In this document: positions 24,336 through 38,080 of the stretch, one piece after another | How the letters are laid out: each line of letters starts with the position of its first letter | Numbering within the stretch: position 1 is the stretch's first letter | Assembly (NCBI GenBank): GCA_951406725.2 | Contig: OX597820.1 | Span: 105,958,001-106,022,000 of the forward strand | From: Octopus vulgaris | Taxonomy: Eukaryota | Direction: 5' to 3' | DNA length: 64,000 nucleotides | Program-made: the position numbers and the translations under genes | The notes under the pieces: generated by a model | What the model was told of the DNA's origin: nothing | Database searches by the model: none | Seen by the model: only the letters and a program-made list of their open reading frames with translations

Positions 24336-27300
24336 AGTTCTAATCAATGAATGCTGTGTGGTTGTTGGGTTTCTGTTTAGTTTCGCTTTCTTCCATCACA
24401 GCTTAGACTTTTACCAAAAATCCCAACACAAGAAAATGGTTGAGATATATTTTTATGAATTTAAATTTTGAATTTGTTGTTTCAATTTCTTGGTTGCTTA
24501 TTTTAATCAAGTATTAATTTATTGTTTTTTAAAATTATTTATCTATTATAGTGCTGGTTTTATAACTGTATTGTGATAAACTTGATGATGCTTTTGGTTA
24601 TTGTTTGTTTATCTGTTTCAAGAAAGATTTATATTTTCAGCATTGCATCTGGTTAAAGTGGATGTTTCAGTACCATTCTTTTGTGATTAATATATGTATA
24701 TTTATATGCATACATGTTACATATACATGTATGTGCATGTGTGTGCATACATGTGTGCATGTATGATTGTGCATATGTGTATATGTGAATTTATTCATAT
24801 CCATTATTGTGCACATGTATGTCTTCTTAAGTCAATAGTGATATCTGTGTGTATGTGTATGCGAGTATATATTCTTAATAGTTATATGCATCTGTATGTG
24901 TATGAGTTGTATTTCCAATGTTCTTAAAAGTAATTAAATATAATTAAATTAAAATGCTATTGCACAACAGATGTTCATATAATCTTAACCAGGCAGAATT
25001 TGCCAGTGTAATATATTTTCTGTGATAAAGACTGATGTTTGTACTTTAAAAATTGTTTTTAAAAACAAATTTTACTTTAGAGGTTGCCTAATGTGATATA
25101 CTATTACCATTGATCTCATTATATTTATTCCTTACATTGCAAGTTCTTCATGTGAAATGTTATCAACATCAATGTTCTTACGTTATAATCCTTACACTGT
25201 AATTTTCAAATTATCACCTTTTGTTATTTTTACTCTCTTCAGTTTCAACCATTACTTTCATTTTGACATCAATCCTTTATTTTGAAAACATTTATCTTAC
25301 TCTGATACCTATGTTCTAATTTCATATCATTTTCCTTTTACATAATTTGAAATCTTTAGCTTCTTCTTCAAAAAAAAAAAACATAAGAAACCTCTACACT
25401 GATTTAAAAGCAATTATCCTTAGACTTCTGACTCTATATATACCAGTTTATGATAATATTCACTTCCTATTTTTTTTTTTTTTTTCACATTCTTTTACAT
25501 AGAAAATACTTGTATTATGGAGGGCCAGATCAGCACAGATCAAATATTAAATATGAATAAAATATTGAAATATTTTCTTAGAAGTATTTTATTAACTCCT
25601 GATATTTTGGAGAAAATACATCTTTTCAATTGTTAAAATTGCAAGAGAGAAATATATCTGTGAGTTTGGCATTTCTGTCTTGTTCCTTTAGTACTTTTGA
25701 AAAGGAGTTCTTTAGCCAAAATATCAAGAACAATTAAATATTTCTAAGATATAATTTTAATATTTTTGTTATTTTTGATATTTAATGTTTGATTATATGC
25801 CCTCTAAAATGCACTGATTTTTTTGCATATTCTGCAATACTTCAAAAAAGCAATAACTTACTTCTTTTCTTTAATATAATGATTCTGAAATTAATGACTT
25901 TGATTACAAACTAATTTAAAACTTGAGTTACAAAGAAAAACCTTAAAAAACGTCACTGTAAATGCAAGTACTTAGCTTATATAAACTGAAAATAATATTT
26001 ATTTAAAAATGCCCTTCACTCCCTGTCCAATATAACCTGACATAACCAACTCTGTTAGGTCACCACTACACATTGTTCTTTAGCATATCCTTTACTGCAA
26101 TAGCTAAAACAAACTAAAAAAAGCTAAAGGAAGGAGGAAGTTGTAAATTTTTCAATTAACTGGCTTCTTATCAATTGGCTATTTATTCAAATCATTGTTA
26201 ATTAACTATATTTAACAAGTACTGTTGAAATTATTTGTATTCCAACAATATATATTTCAAGCTGTTTTCATAACCAGGATTTACTGTATTTGGGTAAAGT
26301 CATCTTTGATCATTATAAAGTGCACACGCACACACACACACATCTTTATTGCTTAATTGTTATTTTATGAGTATCAAAGCTTCCAGTAACAGTGATCTCA
26401 GCCATATATGTTTGAACTTTTTAAACACACTGTTCATGGTTGTTACTAAATTTAAATGGTGAGATTAACAACTAGTTAATGTTATTATCATGTAATATAC
26501 ATCCTGAAACAAAATCACAATCTGAGAAGCTTTACAAAATTGACCTCAAACTTTTTGTTTGCTCATATTCAGAATATAAAAGTTTGAACTTTGATTTACT
26601 AGTATAAATCATAATTTAGTTTCAGGCATTATATACTCTTTGAGAAAATATTTTAAATCTGTGAAGATCATCTTAAATGCTGGATATATATATCATCACC
26701 ATCATTTAACATCCATTTTCCATATTGGACACTTGACTGGATTTGACAAGTAGCAGGACTGTGTTGAGTTCCCATGTCAACTTTGGCACGATTGCTACAG
26801 CTGGATGCCCTTTCAAATGCCAACCACTTTTCAATGTGTACTAGTGCACGCATAAATACATGCATACATTTGCACAGATATTATATGTGTGGATACATAT
26901 CCATAAAGATACACATACATATATAGTTTGGTAAGAATGTATGTGCAACTTTATACATTGGCACTGGCCGATATATATGTGAAAGACATTTAACCCTATT
27001 GGTTTAAATATATTTAACTGTAGAATATATCAGTTTTATACTTAGGGAAATAATCTTTGTTATAATCCTCCCCACTATATCTATCTGGGTATAAAAGATA
27101 AAGAAAAGTAAATAAGCAGCAAATTTGAAAAAAGAATTGCTTTGATGTATCCAAGAATTACTTGGAAAAATTCCAAGAGTAACATAGTATTACATTCTTT
27201 CATCAACTGAAACAAGAATACAGATTTCCAAATTTCTCAATTTATGGTTAAATGACTAAATATTTGTTTCCGAAACAACTATTTTATGTGCTCAGCTACT

Positions 27301-28360
27301 CACAATGTTTATGATAGGTACTACTGTGGAAAATATAGATGTATTATCATCATTTTATGTTCAATTTTCATGCTGACATAGGTTGAACAGGTTCTCACAA
27401 TCCAGGTTATTTCTGATTGAGAGCCACTGCCCCTTTAAACTAGAGCTTGTACGTGTCATTTGGTTTGGTTTCTATCACTCAGTTCCCTTTCTGTCACTAA
27501 CCAGTCTACAGAGAGTATTAGATGCATTTTCTCATGGCATCAACAGTAGAAAGGCTCAATAGTTCACACACACACACACACAGAAAGATGATGAGCTTCT
27601 TTCAGTTTCCTTCTACTAAATCCATTCACAAGGCTTTTGTCAGCCTCAAGCTATAGTAGAGAACACTTGCTAAAGGTATCATGCAATGAGATTGAACCTA
27701 AAATCACACAATTGGGAAGCAAGCTTTTTAACAACCTTTCTTTGCTACGGTGTTGGACAAGTTTTAAAAGTTTTAAAAGTTTTAAGACCATCTAGAACAC
27801 TGCTCTGGACTATCTGTAATTGTATTTTGTATAATGCTATATGAATGTGTAGATGGCCTAGTCAAAAGATTTCTAACAACCACCTAGAAAAGAATCAATG
27901 GTTTGTGTCTTGCGACTACTACTATTGTGTGTGTGTGTGTGTGTGTGTGTGCATGCATGTGCGTGCATGTGGGTGTGTGTCAGTGTGTGCGTGTGCATGT
28001 GTGCCCAACATATGTAGCTACTAACAACTTAGTTCACCTAGTTCTAAATACTGCAGAGTGGTGGTTATAGAGTCCAGGAATGTAGACAAAATTGGAAAAA
28101 TTGACACATTATTTCATTTGTTTGCTGTGTTAAGGTTAAGTCTTCCCGTAAGCTTTGGAGAAAGTAAATTCTCTGCTACTCTAGTGTAATGCTTCTCACT
28201 AAAGGAGATCCAGTTATTTAGGGTTGGTCCCATAACCCAATAAAACTGCAACATCGATTATCATCAATTTCATTTAAATATACAGCAATTTCAAATTACC
28301 TTATAAAGTTCATCCAATTTAAATAATTTTATTTTTTATTTTTTCATCCCTACTGCCACT

Positions 28361-28555
28361 AGGTGCACAGCTTAGTGATTAGGGTATTACACTCATGATC
28401 ATAAGACCTTGGTTTTGATCCCTAGGCCAGGTAGTGCTTTATGTTCTTTATTAAATCACTTCTTATGTTGTTCCAGTCCACTCAGCTGTAAATGTATTCC
28501 AGCCATATCTAGGAAGTTAACCTTACAATGGATTGGAATCCTCTACAGAAAGAAG
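28361..28555 (+). mobile_element. tRNA-derived SINE (family C), degenerate
   Basis: ggtgcacagcttagtgattagggtatt..gttccagtccactcagctgtaaat, homologous to the copies at 31958 and 47157. Confidence 0.6.
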
Positions 28556-28560
28556 TGTTG

Positions 28561-28724
28561 TATGTGGGGGTGCTGAAAAGTTCCTGGCTTTAAGGGTATT
28601 GTGAAAGGTTTGGTTGTTGGCCCAAACTCCTGAGTTCTTTTACAGGGCTTAGTAAAACTGAAGGACTGCTGCAGTAAGAGTGTGAATCTCAGAAGGGAAT
28701 ATGTTGGATAAAATCATAACTAAC
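28561..28724 (+). mobile_element. mariner-type MITE or deletion derivative
   Basis: TA|tgtgggggtgctgaaaagttcctggct TIR, followed by a transposase C-terminal remnant (GLVKLKDCCSKSVNLRREYVG*). Confidence 0.6.
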
Positions 28725-28736
28725 ATATATATATAT

Positions 28737-29405
28737 AATATTAATAATATTAGGGAGTATAACTCCAAACTTACAGGGAAAAATTCAATTTAGTATTAAA
28801 TCAAATTTCACTATATAAATATATAAAATATGAATTAGAGATAAAACCACTATTATGCAACTCAAACAGTGATAGACATAAACCAAAACACAAATAACAA
28901 ATAAAATATATTTTTATAAAACATGTAACTAGATCTCAAAAAGTATAAAAATGAATAATCAATATATAATAAGTAAAAAAAAAACTGCATACGTTTCATG
29001 GCTACAATTAAATTCGAATTACAATTAAATTTAAATTTAATTGAAATGAATTCAATTTAAAATTTTAGTCAATCTTCAGGTTAACAATAATAGTTAAATA
29101 AATAAGCAAATAGAGTTAAACAATATTTATTTTAAAAATAAATAAAATAATAATTTTTCTTATAGAAGAAACTCCATTAACTAAATTAGAAACTTAAAAC
29201 ATTAGGATTATTTCCTACAACATATTTATTATGTTAAATATTTAATATTTAAGGTAAAAAAAAAATTATATATTGATTATTCATTTTTACACTTTTTGAG
29301 ATCTAGTTATGTTTTATAAAAATATTTTTTATTTGTTATTTATGTTTTGGTTTATGTCTATCACCGTTTAAGTTGCATAATAGTGGTTTTATCTCTAATT
29401 TACAT
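28737..29405 (-). mobile_element. Foldback PLE-type element (tail 28737-28832, arms 28833-28970 / 29265-29400) with a hammerhead at 28983-29082
   Basis: Minus strand: aac CTGAAGA ttgacta-(long AT loop)-tagccat GAAAC GTAT GCA gtt. Same family as 12778-14322 (shared tail). (TA)n flanks. Confidence 0.75.
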
Positions 29406-29593
29406 TATATATATATATGTGTATGTATGTATGCATGCATGTATGTATGTATGTATGTATGTTTGTATGTATGTATGTATGTATATTGTATTTTGGGATG
29501 GTCATTTTTTTGCCTAGTAAATTTTTATTTGGCAAAAAAAAATGACCATCCTGAAATACAATACCTGTTTCAACGCATGATTTCACATTCATG

Positions 29594-29695
<102 letters not shown>

Positions 29696-29905
29696 TATCA
29701 ACCCAGAAAATACAATTTTAGTTAATTTAAGTAGCATACTTAATCACTAAGGGTGCACATTGAAGTAACTGGTTGTTGGTGCTATAAATTTATGTCTATA
29801 TGAATTAAAGAAATGAAAAGAAGAGCTACCAAATATACCACATAAAGAAAATATGAAATATTTACCATATGTTTTCACGTGTGTGAGTGAGTGTGTGTGT
29901 GTATG

Positions 29906-29945
<40 letters not shown>

Positions 29946-30575
29946 AAGAGAGAAAGAGAGCAAGAGAGAGAGAGAACAAGAGAGAAAGAGAGCGAGAGAG
30001 AGAGAGCAAGTGAGAGAAAGAAATAGAGGGAGATAGAAAGAGACACAGGCAGAGACAACTAGGTCCACTAGGTCTGAGGCCTGCATTGTGCTCCAATGTC
30101 TGTTTCAGTATGGTTTCTGTGGCTTGGTTAAGTTCTTCTACTACATATTCCTTTATTCTTTTATACATTTCAGCCCCAAGTCTGTGGCCATGCAGTCACC
30201 TTGGCCATGCAGTCACTGCTGATATAATCACCTTCTCAATGGCCAATCTTATGTAGTTTTTTGCTGGAGATGGTGGCAGGTGGAGCTAGGTATTAGCAGG
30301 TATTAGCTAGATATTTATTTGGCAGGTGGGGCTAGGTATGTGAAAATTGGGTGTGGCATAAATCTGTTTGTAAGGAGAGGGTAGAAATGTTTGTGTTGGA
30401 AAAGGGAAAGAAGAAACTCTTATCTTTTATTTGTTTCAGTCATTAGACCATGGCCATGCTGGGGCACCACCTGGAATTTTTAGTTGAAAGAATCAATGCC
30501 AGTACTTATTTTCTTAAGGCTTGGTACTTATTCTATTGTTCTCTTTTGGCAAGCCACTAAGTTACGGGGACAGAA

Positions 30576-30632
<57 letters not shown>

Positions 30633-30734
30633 CATATACGATGGGCTTCTTTCAGTTTCTGTCTACCAAATCCACTCACCAAGTTTTGGTCAGCCCAAGG
30701 CTATACATTTATTTATAATAATTATTTCATTTCT

Positions 30735-30818
30735 CTATCTGAAGAATTTCTAATAGGAAATTCCTTACATGTCTATCTAACATGTAAATCTTATTAGCAA
30801 ATGAAACATGTGTAATGG
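30735..30818 (+). ncRNA. Type I hammerhead ribozyme, intact core
   Basis: ctat CTGAAGA attt-ctaatagga..(ttacatg..catgtaa)..tcttattag-c-aaat GAAAC ATGT GTA atgg. Long stem II, near-palindromic stem III, GUA triplet. Confidence 0.75.
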
Positions 30819-31492
30819 TGAATAACTAATACCAAAGAATTTCCAATTTCCTGTTTTGTTATATATATAAGTATATATATACACAAACATCTACATAGAC
30901 ATATATGTTTTTTATGTTCATACCTTTGCACACAATCTGTCCTGACAAACCTCTCCCCCACAACCCATCTTCCTAACTCCTCCCCCAAGTTCATCACTCA
31001 TTGTTTTCTCTTCCCCTCTTTCTCTCATGCTCCCTTTGCAACCTTGCAAGCCAACATACTCACAGGGTGTCTCTTGAATCTCTTTCCCACAATATGCCTT
31101 CCTTTCTTCCACCTCCCAAACTTCTTACCCACTCACCCTATTCAATCTTTGGTTCCTCTTCATTTATATACACCAACCCTGTAACTTGAATACACCCCCC
31201 CACTTCCATCACATCTTTACCATCTCTCTCCCCACCCTCTCTCTCTAAATTAGGTAGCAATGCATCTCATTTACTGCACTTGATTCATACTCTTTAGAGA
31301 ACTGCATGAAAGGGTGCTGCCATTGCAATACATCAATTAGTAATTCGTCAAATCTGTTTGAAGAATTACTAATATGAGATGTCTTACATGTTTTTCTACC
31401 ATTGTAACTCCTATTGGTAATGAAACATATGTAACACAGAACAAATAACACGAGAAAATTTTTCCAGTTTTTTGTTTTAGTACATAATTACA

Positions 31493-31800
31493 TGTGGAGG
31501 CACAATGGCCCAGTGGTTAGGGTAGCGGACTTGTGGTCGGAGGAGTGTGGTTTCGATTCCCAGACCAGGCATTGTGCGTATTTATTGAGGGAAAACTACC
31601 TAAAGCTCCACGAGGCTCCAGCAAGGGGTAGTGGCGACCCCTATTGTACTCTTTCGCCCCAACTTTCACTCTTTCTTCCTGTTTCTTGAGTAACGCTGCA
31701 ATAGACTGGCATCCTGTCCACCTGGGGGGAACACATATGCCATAGAAACTGGGAAACCAGACCCATGAACCTGGCTAGGCTTGAAAAGGGTGCATAAAAA
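31493..31800 (+). mobile_element. tRNA-derived SINE
   Basis: tggcccagtggttagggtagcggac..ggtttcgattccc (A and B boxes), body, and A-rich tail. Confidence 0.75.
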
Positions 31801-31957
31801 AATTTAATTACATTACAATGACTATTTTGCAGTATTCTCCAGTATTTTCAACTCTCATATAAAATATAACTTCTACAGATTCACTTTGGAATACTGGCAA
31901 ATGTGGGTGTGCTTCATGAAGATACAGCTGGGATAATACACCTATCTGCATAATATG

Positions 31958-32281
31958 TGAAGGCACATGGCTTAGTGATTAGGGTATTTGACTCACTATT
32001 GCAAGGCTGTGAGTTCAATTCCCAGTGATGCACTGTGTCCTTGAGCAAGACACTTTATTTCATGTTGCTCCAGTCCACTCAGGTGTAAAAATGTGTAGTT
32101 CCTGTATATCAAAGGGCCAACCAGCCTTGTCACACTTTGTGTCGCACTGAATTTCCCTGAGAACTACATTAAGGGTACACGTGTCTGTGAAGTCCTCAAC
32201 CACTTGCATGTTAATGAGCTGGCTGTTCTGTTGATCGGATCAATTGAAATCCTCATCGTTGTAACCAGCTGAGTACTAGTA
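31958..32281 (+). mobile_element. tRNA-derived SINE (family C)
   Basis: gaaggcacatggcttagtgattagggt..gagttcaattccc..gtgtccttgagcaagacactttatttcatgttgctccagtccactc. Near-collinear copy at 47157-47478. Confidence 0.8.
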
Positions 32282-33325
32282 GTATATTATGTATGTATGT
32301 ATGTATGTATGTGTGTGTCCATACATATATTTCATTGGACCACTGTAACTGGGTCACTGACATGATTTCAATGGGGTTATCTTAGTGACCATCATGCAGT
32401 GGTGCAATGACAATTTCAATAACCTCCAAAAACAAATAAAAAATGAATATAACATCTTTGTATGTATTTAGATAGCTAGGACAACTCTTATATGATGTAA
32501 CTGCTATTTTTAAAATGTTTATATAAGACATGAGATTTATAGGGTTTATAGAATTCTATGGTTACACCCAGAGTTCTTCAAAAGTCAAATTAACTAATAT
32601 ATCATAAAAGAAATTTAATGACAAAATGCAACACCTGTAAGAAGATATCATTAACTGTGATACTGATATTGTAGCTGTTAAATCATAACCTATCCAGCTC
32701 CCACTCGAATTCTTCTGGTTGCAGTAGAACTGCCTGTTACTAAGAATTTGGTTTCTGGTTACGATTTAGTAATACTTAGTAATACCGTGATTACATTCTG
32801 CTACATAGAATTTTACCTAGATGTGAATATTTAGATGTTGATACCTACATGTATATGTGTAGAAACATATACCCTCATATATATGTACATATATGAGCAT
32901 GTGTGTAAAAACACATTTACATGTATATGTGTCTATATAATGTGTGTGTGTGTGTATATACATACATACATACATATATACATACATACATATGTACGTA
33001 CATACATACATACATACATACATACATACATACATACATACATACATTCATGCACACACACACATATACATGTATGTATTTGTGTGAATGCCTTTACATA
33101 TGTATGTGAATATGCATATGATTAGCATGGAGTTTCAAATAAAAATATAAGTTATTTTGAAAAGCAGTAACAAGAAGCTCAGAGTAAACAACAGTGAAAT
33201 CATAGTTTTATTTGCTTGAATGCTTTCTTATATTTGTTTATATTGAGATAAACACAGACACACATGCAGGTATAGACATATACACATAACTACATATATG
33301 TACATATTTGTGTTGTTTGTGTGTG

Positions 33326-33380
<55 letters not shown>

Positions 33381-33401
33381 ATACATACATACATACATAC
33401 A

Positions 33402-33435
<34 letters not shown>

Positions 33436-33525
33436 CATACATATATATGTGTACATATTTGTGTGTGTGTGATTATTAAACTTGCTCTAAAATAATAATC
33501 GTATTTTAGTAGAAATATATGTTAA

Positions 33526-33970
33526 GGTGGCGACTGGCAGAATCCTTAGAAAGCCAGACAACATCTTAGCAGCATTTCATTAATCTTTATGTTCTGAGTT
33601 CAAATTCCACAGACGTTGACTTTTGCTTTCATCCTTTTGGGTTTGATGAAATAAATACCATTTGAACACTGGAGTTGATGTAGTCAATTACCCACTCCCT
33701 CCAAATTTCAGGCCTTGTGCCTTTAGTAGAAAGGATTATTATTATTATGAGGGCAGTGAGCTGGCAGAATTGTGAGCACACTGAATGAAATGCTTAGCGA
33801 TATTTCATCCGTCTTTGAGTTCAAATTCTGCTGAGGTCAACTTTGCTTTACATCCTTTTGGGGTTGATAAATCAAGTTCCAGTGAAACACTGAGGTTGAT
33901 GTAATTGACTAATCTCCTCACCCAAAATTTCAGGCCTTGTGCCTATAGTAGAAAGGATTATTATTATTAT
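33526..33970 (+). mobile_element. Two tandem tRNA-derived SINEs (family B) with (ATT)n tails
   Basis: ggtggcgactggcagaat..gagttcaaattcc..tttcatccttttggg..ggccttgtgcct(t/a)tagtagaaaggattattatt, twice (33526-33745 and 33751-33970). Other copies at ~50340 (-), 55715, 59690 (-), 60000 and 60900 (-). Confidence 0.8.
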
Positions 33971-34350
33971 TGTGTGTATGTATGATATGTGTGTGGGAAT
34001 ATAGTTATTTACATGTGTATATATTTATATGTGCTGTGGGTGTGCATATGTTTTTATGCACTATTCAGTCGAGTCTTTAAACATTTTAAGCCTTAATCAT
34101 CGCAGATTAAGTTTGACTGATGTCTATATTTGTAGTTAACCAAAAATGCAGCCCAGCAACTACTTCAGCAATTCAACAGACGAAATAACTCTGCAGCCAA
34201 CTCTGAAACTGAATCCCTCAATGGCTTAGTTCAGATAACTCAGTAGAAGTTAGTATATGTTTACAGCAACCACTAACTTTACGACAATCTTATAAGCTTC
34301 TGGTTAATGTTTTTTTAAATGAATATTTTCCTAAATTCCCATGCATCTTC

Positions 34351-34415
<65 letters not shown>

Positions 34416-35655
34416 CCTCTCTTTGTGCTTTCTTCTCTCTTTCACAATCAGCACAAAAAGAATTTTAAATAATCTGAGCCTCTGTTTTTCTGTTTAGATA
34501 TTATTATTATCACTATTACTATTATTGTCACTGGTTCTTGGGTACCTTTAGTAGATTCTGCTATCACCACGGTTTCATCTCTTTTCAGTTCCATCCAATC
34601 ATTCTCACCCATTCCTCTAAATGTGAATAGCCATGTAGCGCCTCTATCACAACCCCACCCCATACTCTACACCCTTCTCTCATACTTGAACCCTTTATCA
34701 CCTCATTCAAATTACCCACTTACACACACACACACACCCAGGGTGTAAAATGACTGGCATTAGGAAGAGCGTCCAGCTGTAGAAACCATACCAAAATGAA
34801 CAGTGGAGCATGATACAGTTCTTGAACCCATCAAATCCCATCAGCTCTTAGCAGCATGTGCTTAGACAGTTTCAAGATGATAATGATTATACAATTAGGT
34901 GTAAACATTATAAGGCAATATTCTCAAAAGTATGTAAGCAAACATATCAATATACATGAACTGTGATACATAGTCTAACATTCACATTTTTGTTATGATA
35001 GATTTCAATTACTCCCTCTATCCCACTTTTCTCATTCCTTAGTAAAAACTTCCTTGCACCCTCTCTAGCGCTTTCATCTTTTTGCTTTCCACATCCGCTT
35101 TACACATTATTACTACCTATCCTTCTACTACAACATCATAGTTCAGCCTTTCTTTATTTTCCTCCTTCTTACCTTTTCATCTACTTCTTCCTCTCTCTCT
35201 CTGGTTAACATACATTTCCTGGTCTCACATTCTCTCTTTCCTCTATATTTTTTACAATGATATTTCTTTTACTCTTCATCTCCTTTTGTTTTCCCTAATT
35301 TCTCAGTGCCACTACGTAGTTTTGAAAATTATTTTGTCACATTTGTCACCTACCTTTCTGAAAATGATGTACTGTGTTTGTTTCAAGAATCCACTTATGT
35401 ATCATGATCCATATGTATTGTTATTATTTTCCTAATATACTTTTCAGTAATATTGCTTTATAATAATTATGCCTAAAGTACAATATGCACAGTATTCCTT
35501 ATTTGCAGGGTTCATTGAAACAACTGTAAAAGTTTGAATATATCATGTAAAATTATTCCATCTTTCTTATGTGTATGTGTGTGTATGTTCAAAAAGTGCA
35601 CATAATATATATAAGCACAAACAAACAGAAAACATACAGAATGTTGCCAAATCCT

Positions 35656-35799
<144 letters not shown>

Positions 35800-36380
35800 T
35801 GATTACACTTGATTGTTTTGAAAATTATTATAATACTAAACATATAAATTATTTTTTAAAAATGTATTAATTTTAGATAAAAAAATTTTAAAGTCAGATT
35901 CAGTCTATATAAAACAACAAAAATATTCCTTATATTATTGTAAAACATAAATTAAACTAATATAAAAAATTAACAGTGTAGTAGAAAAGTTGTAAATGCT
36001 GAAAAAACAATAGCTGGAATTATTTTCATATTCATAAACAATTCTGCTGCCCATTCTATAATATAATTAACAAAATATCATTGATTCTTCAGAAAATACT
36101 GGTCTCGTGACTCAAATAATGAAATGTATTAATAATGAGCTTCTTTATTGTATACAGTGTTCAGATTTATCATCAGTTTCAATATCATACTCATCATCTT
36201 CATCTTAGCTAAAATAGTCTTCACGCTGCTTATATCAGTACATTTGGTTCCATTACTGATAGTGGTTTCATTATTTGTTATATGTCTCACTTATTTTTCA
36301 ATGTATTATACATATCATGCAACCAAATGAAACAATCTATCCTTTACAAAATAATTGGTCATGTTATTACATGATTAAAG

Positions 36381-36418
<38 letters not shown>

Positions 36419-37683
36419 TTATCTCTTTATATCTTTTACTTGTTTCAGTCAGTTTTATTATATATAAATATAATAAAAATTTGGGGGTATGTATACATAC
36501 ATATATATATTGATATATATTGATAATTTTTATATACATATGTTCCCAAAGTTTTCTAAACTTTATAAGTAGCCTTTTCTCTATAGAACATAGATATCAT
36601 AACATATTTAATATATGTAGCATTAAGATGAGGTATACATGATTTGAAACTTTGTTGCTTCTAAAGTCAATATAGTATAACAAAATCTTTCCAGTACAAA
36701 TGTTCTAATATCTCTTCCTATATATGACTGCAACAATTCTAATATCTGCTCATTCAGTGGTATGTGTCCTTTCAAAGCATCAGCCTTTCAAGCTAATTTC
36801 TTTCTTGCAGATAAAACTGAAACAAAAAACTGTTTAGGGCTTTCTGAAAATCCCTTTAAAAACTTTTTTGCAATATATGTATTCTTTCAGATCTAAAAAA
36901 AAGGAGAAAATCTACTTTGCCCTTCTCTGTCCAAATATATATATAGAATTTATTGGTTTGTATTTATAACTATAAAATCCATTGGTTCATTATAAAACAT
37001 GTCCCCTTTACATTAATGACTCCAGAAGGTGTGATCTGTGTTTATCAGAGAAGTATAATATTCTATTGCACACCCTTTTGCAATTTTGAACAAAGACTGG
37101 AATTACTGAAGTAATATAGATACTTCCATTGCAATATATTGAGGAATTTCCACCAGTCAAATGGCTAATTGGGTTAATGATTTGTGATTGCCTTAAAATT
37201 TATCAAATTATAAAAATAGAAAATGAAAAGCATTCATTTACTTCTTCAACACTAAAACAATGAAAATCACCTTCCTTGCTTACATTGGTTTATGCATATG
37301 AAACTGAAGATATGAAAATGTATTTTTGCATGTTAATAGATGAACATATCACATTTTGTATTTATTTTTGCATCATGATTGACTAGATGAATGCCTGATG
37401 CTAATAATTTTTTTTCAGCAATCAATCAAATTGCAATGATTAATTATATATCAATATGTTTGTGATTATTTTTGCTTACTGAATATTTTTTTGACACTGC
37501 TTCCTTACTTCAATTATTTTGAATGTGGAACTTTTGTGTGTGAAAGTTTTGGTTTATGAAGCTTCAGCTTTTAAGAAGATCTATATATATAGATGTGTGT
37601 CTGAGTGAGTGTGTGTGTGTGTGTCTATATGTATATGTACATATACATCTATGTATGTGTCTGTACTTATATGTGTGTGTGCA

Positions 37684-37716
<33 letters not shown>

Positions 37717-37973
37717 TCAATGAATGCAATTGAAAGATTATTAATTTAAATAGCCATCTGTATATCATACTAAATGTATATACATCCACTGAAAGACTAG
37801 GGACTGTAGTTATGTAAGAGAGAAAATCTTAGACAACAACCACAGTATCATGGCTTTCAGTCTTAGTATGATACACCAATGTCACTTTTAACACACACAC
37901 ATGTATATATATAGAGATGTCTGCTGTCTATATGTATGTATATGTATATGTCTATGTTTGTATACATACATTC

Positions 37974-38021
<48 letters not shown>

Positions 38022-38045
38022 TGTTTGTGTCTATACATATATATA

Positions 38046-38080
<35 letters not shown>

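Noticed and set aside
25503-25640. Strong poly-T acceptor followed by a short open frame
   Set aside because: No donor or homology. Poly-T tracts are common in this AT-rich segment.
31493-31570. tRNA-like sequence with A and B boxes (also at 15041, 31958, 33526)
   Set aside because: These are heads of multi-copy SINEs that continue into shared bodies and tails. No complete cloverleaf.
34136-34248. Exon-like segment (ttgtag|TTAACC...AGAA|gttagt) reading LTKNAAQQLLQQFNRRNNSAANSETESLNGLVQITQ*
   Set aside because: Stops in all frames, weak pyrimidine tract and no recognisable motif. In the phase compatible with exon 11686 it stops after 17 codons.
35495-35535. GAAACAACTGTA, resembling a hammerhead 3' half
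   Set aside because: No recognisable CUGAnGA core or stem II upstream.
36130-37200. Minus-strand acidic and Tc1-like peptide traces
   Set aside because: Too degenerate to bound or classify. Probably an ancient transposase relic.
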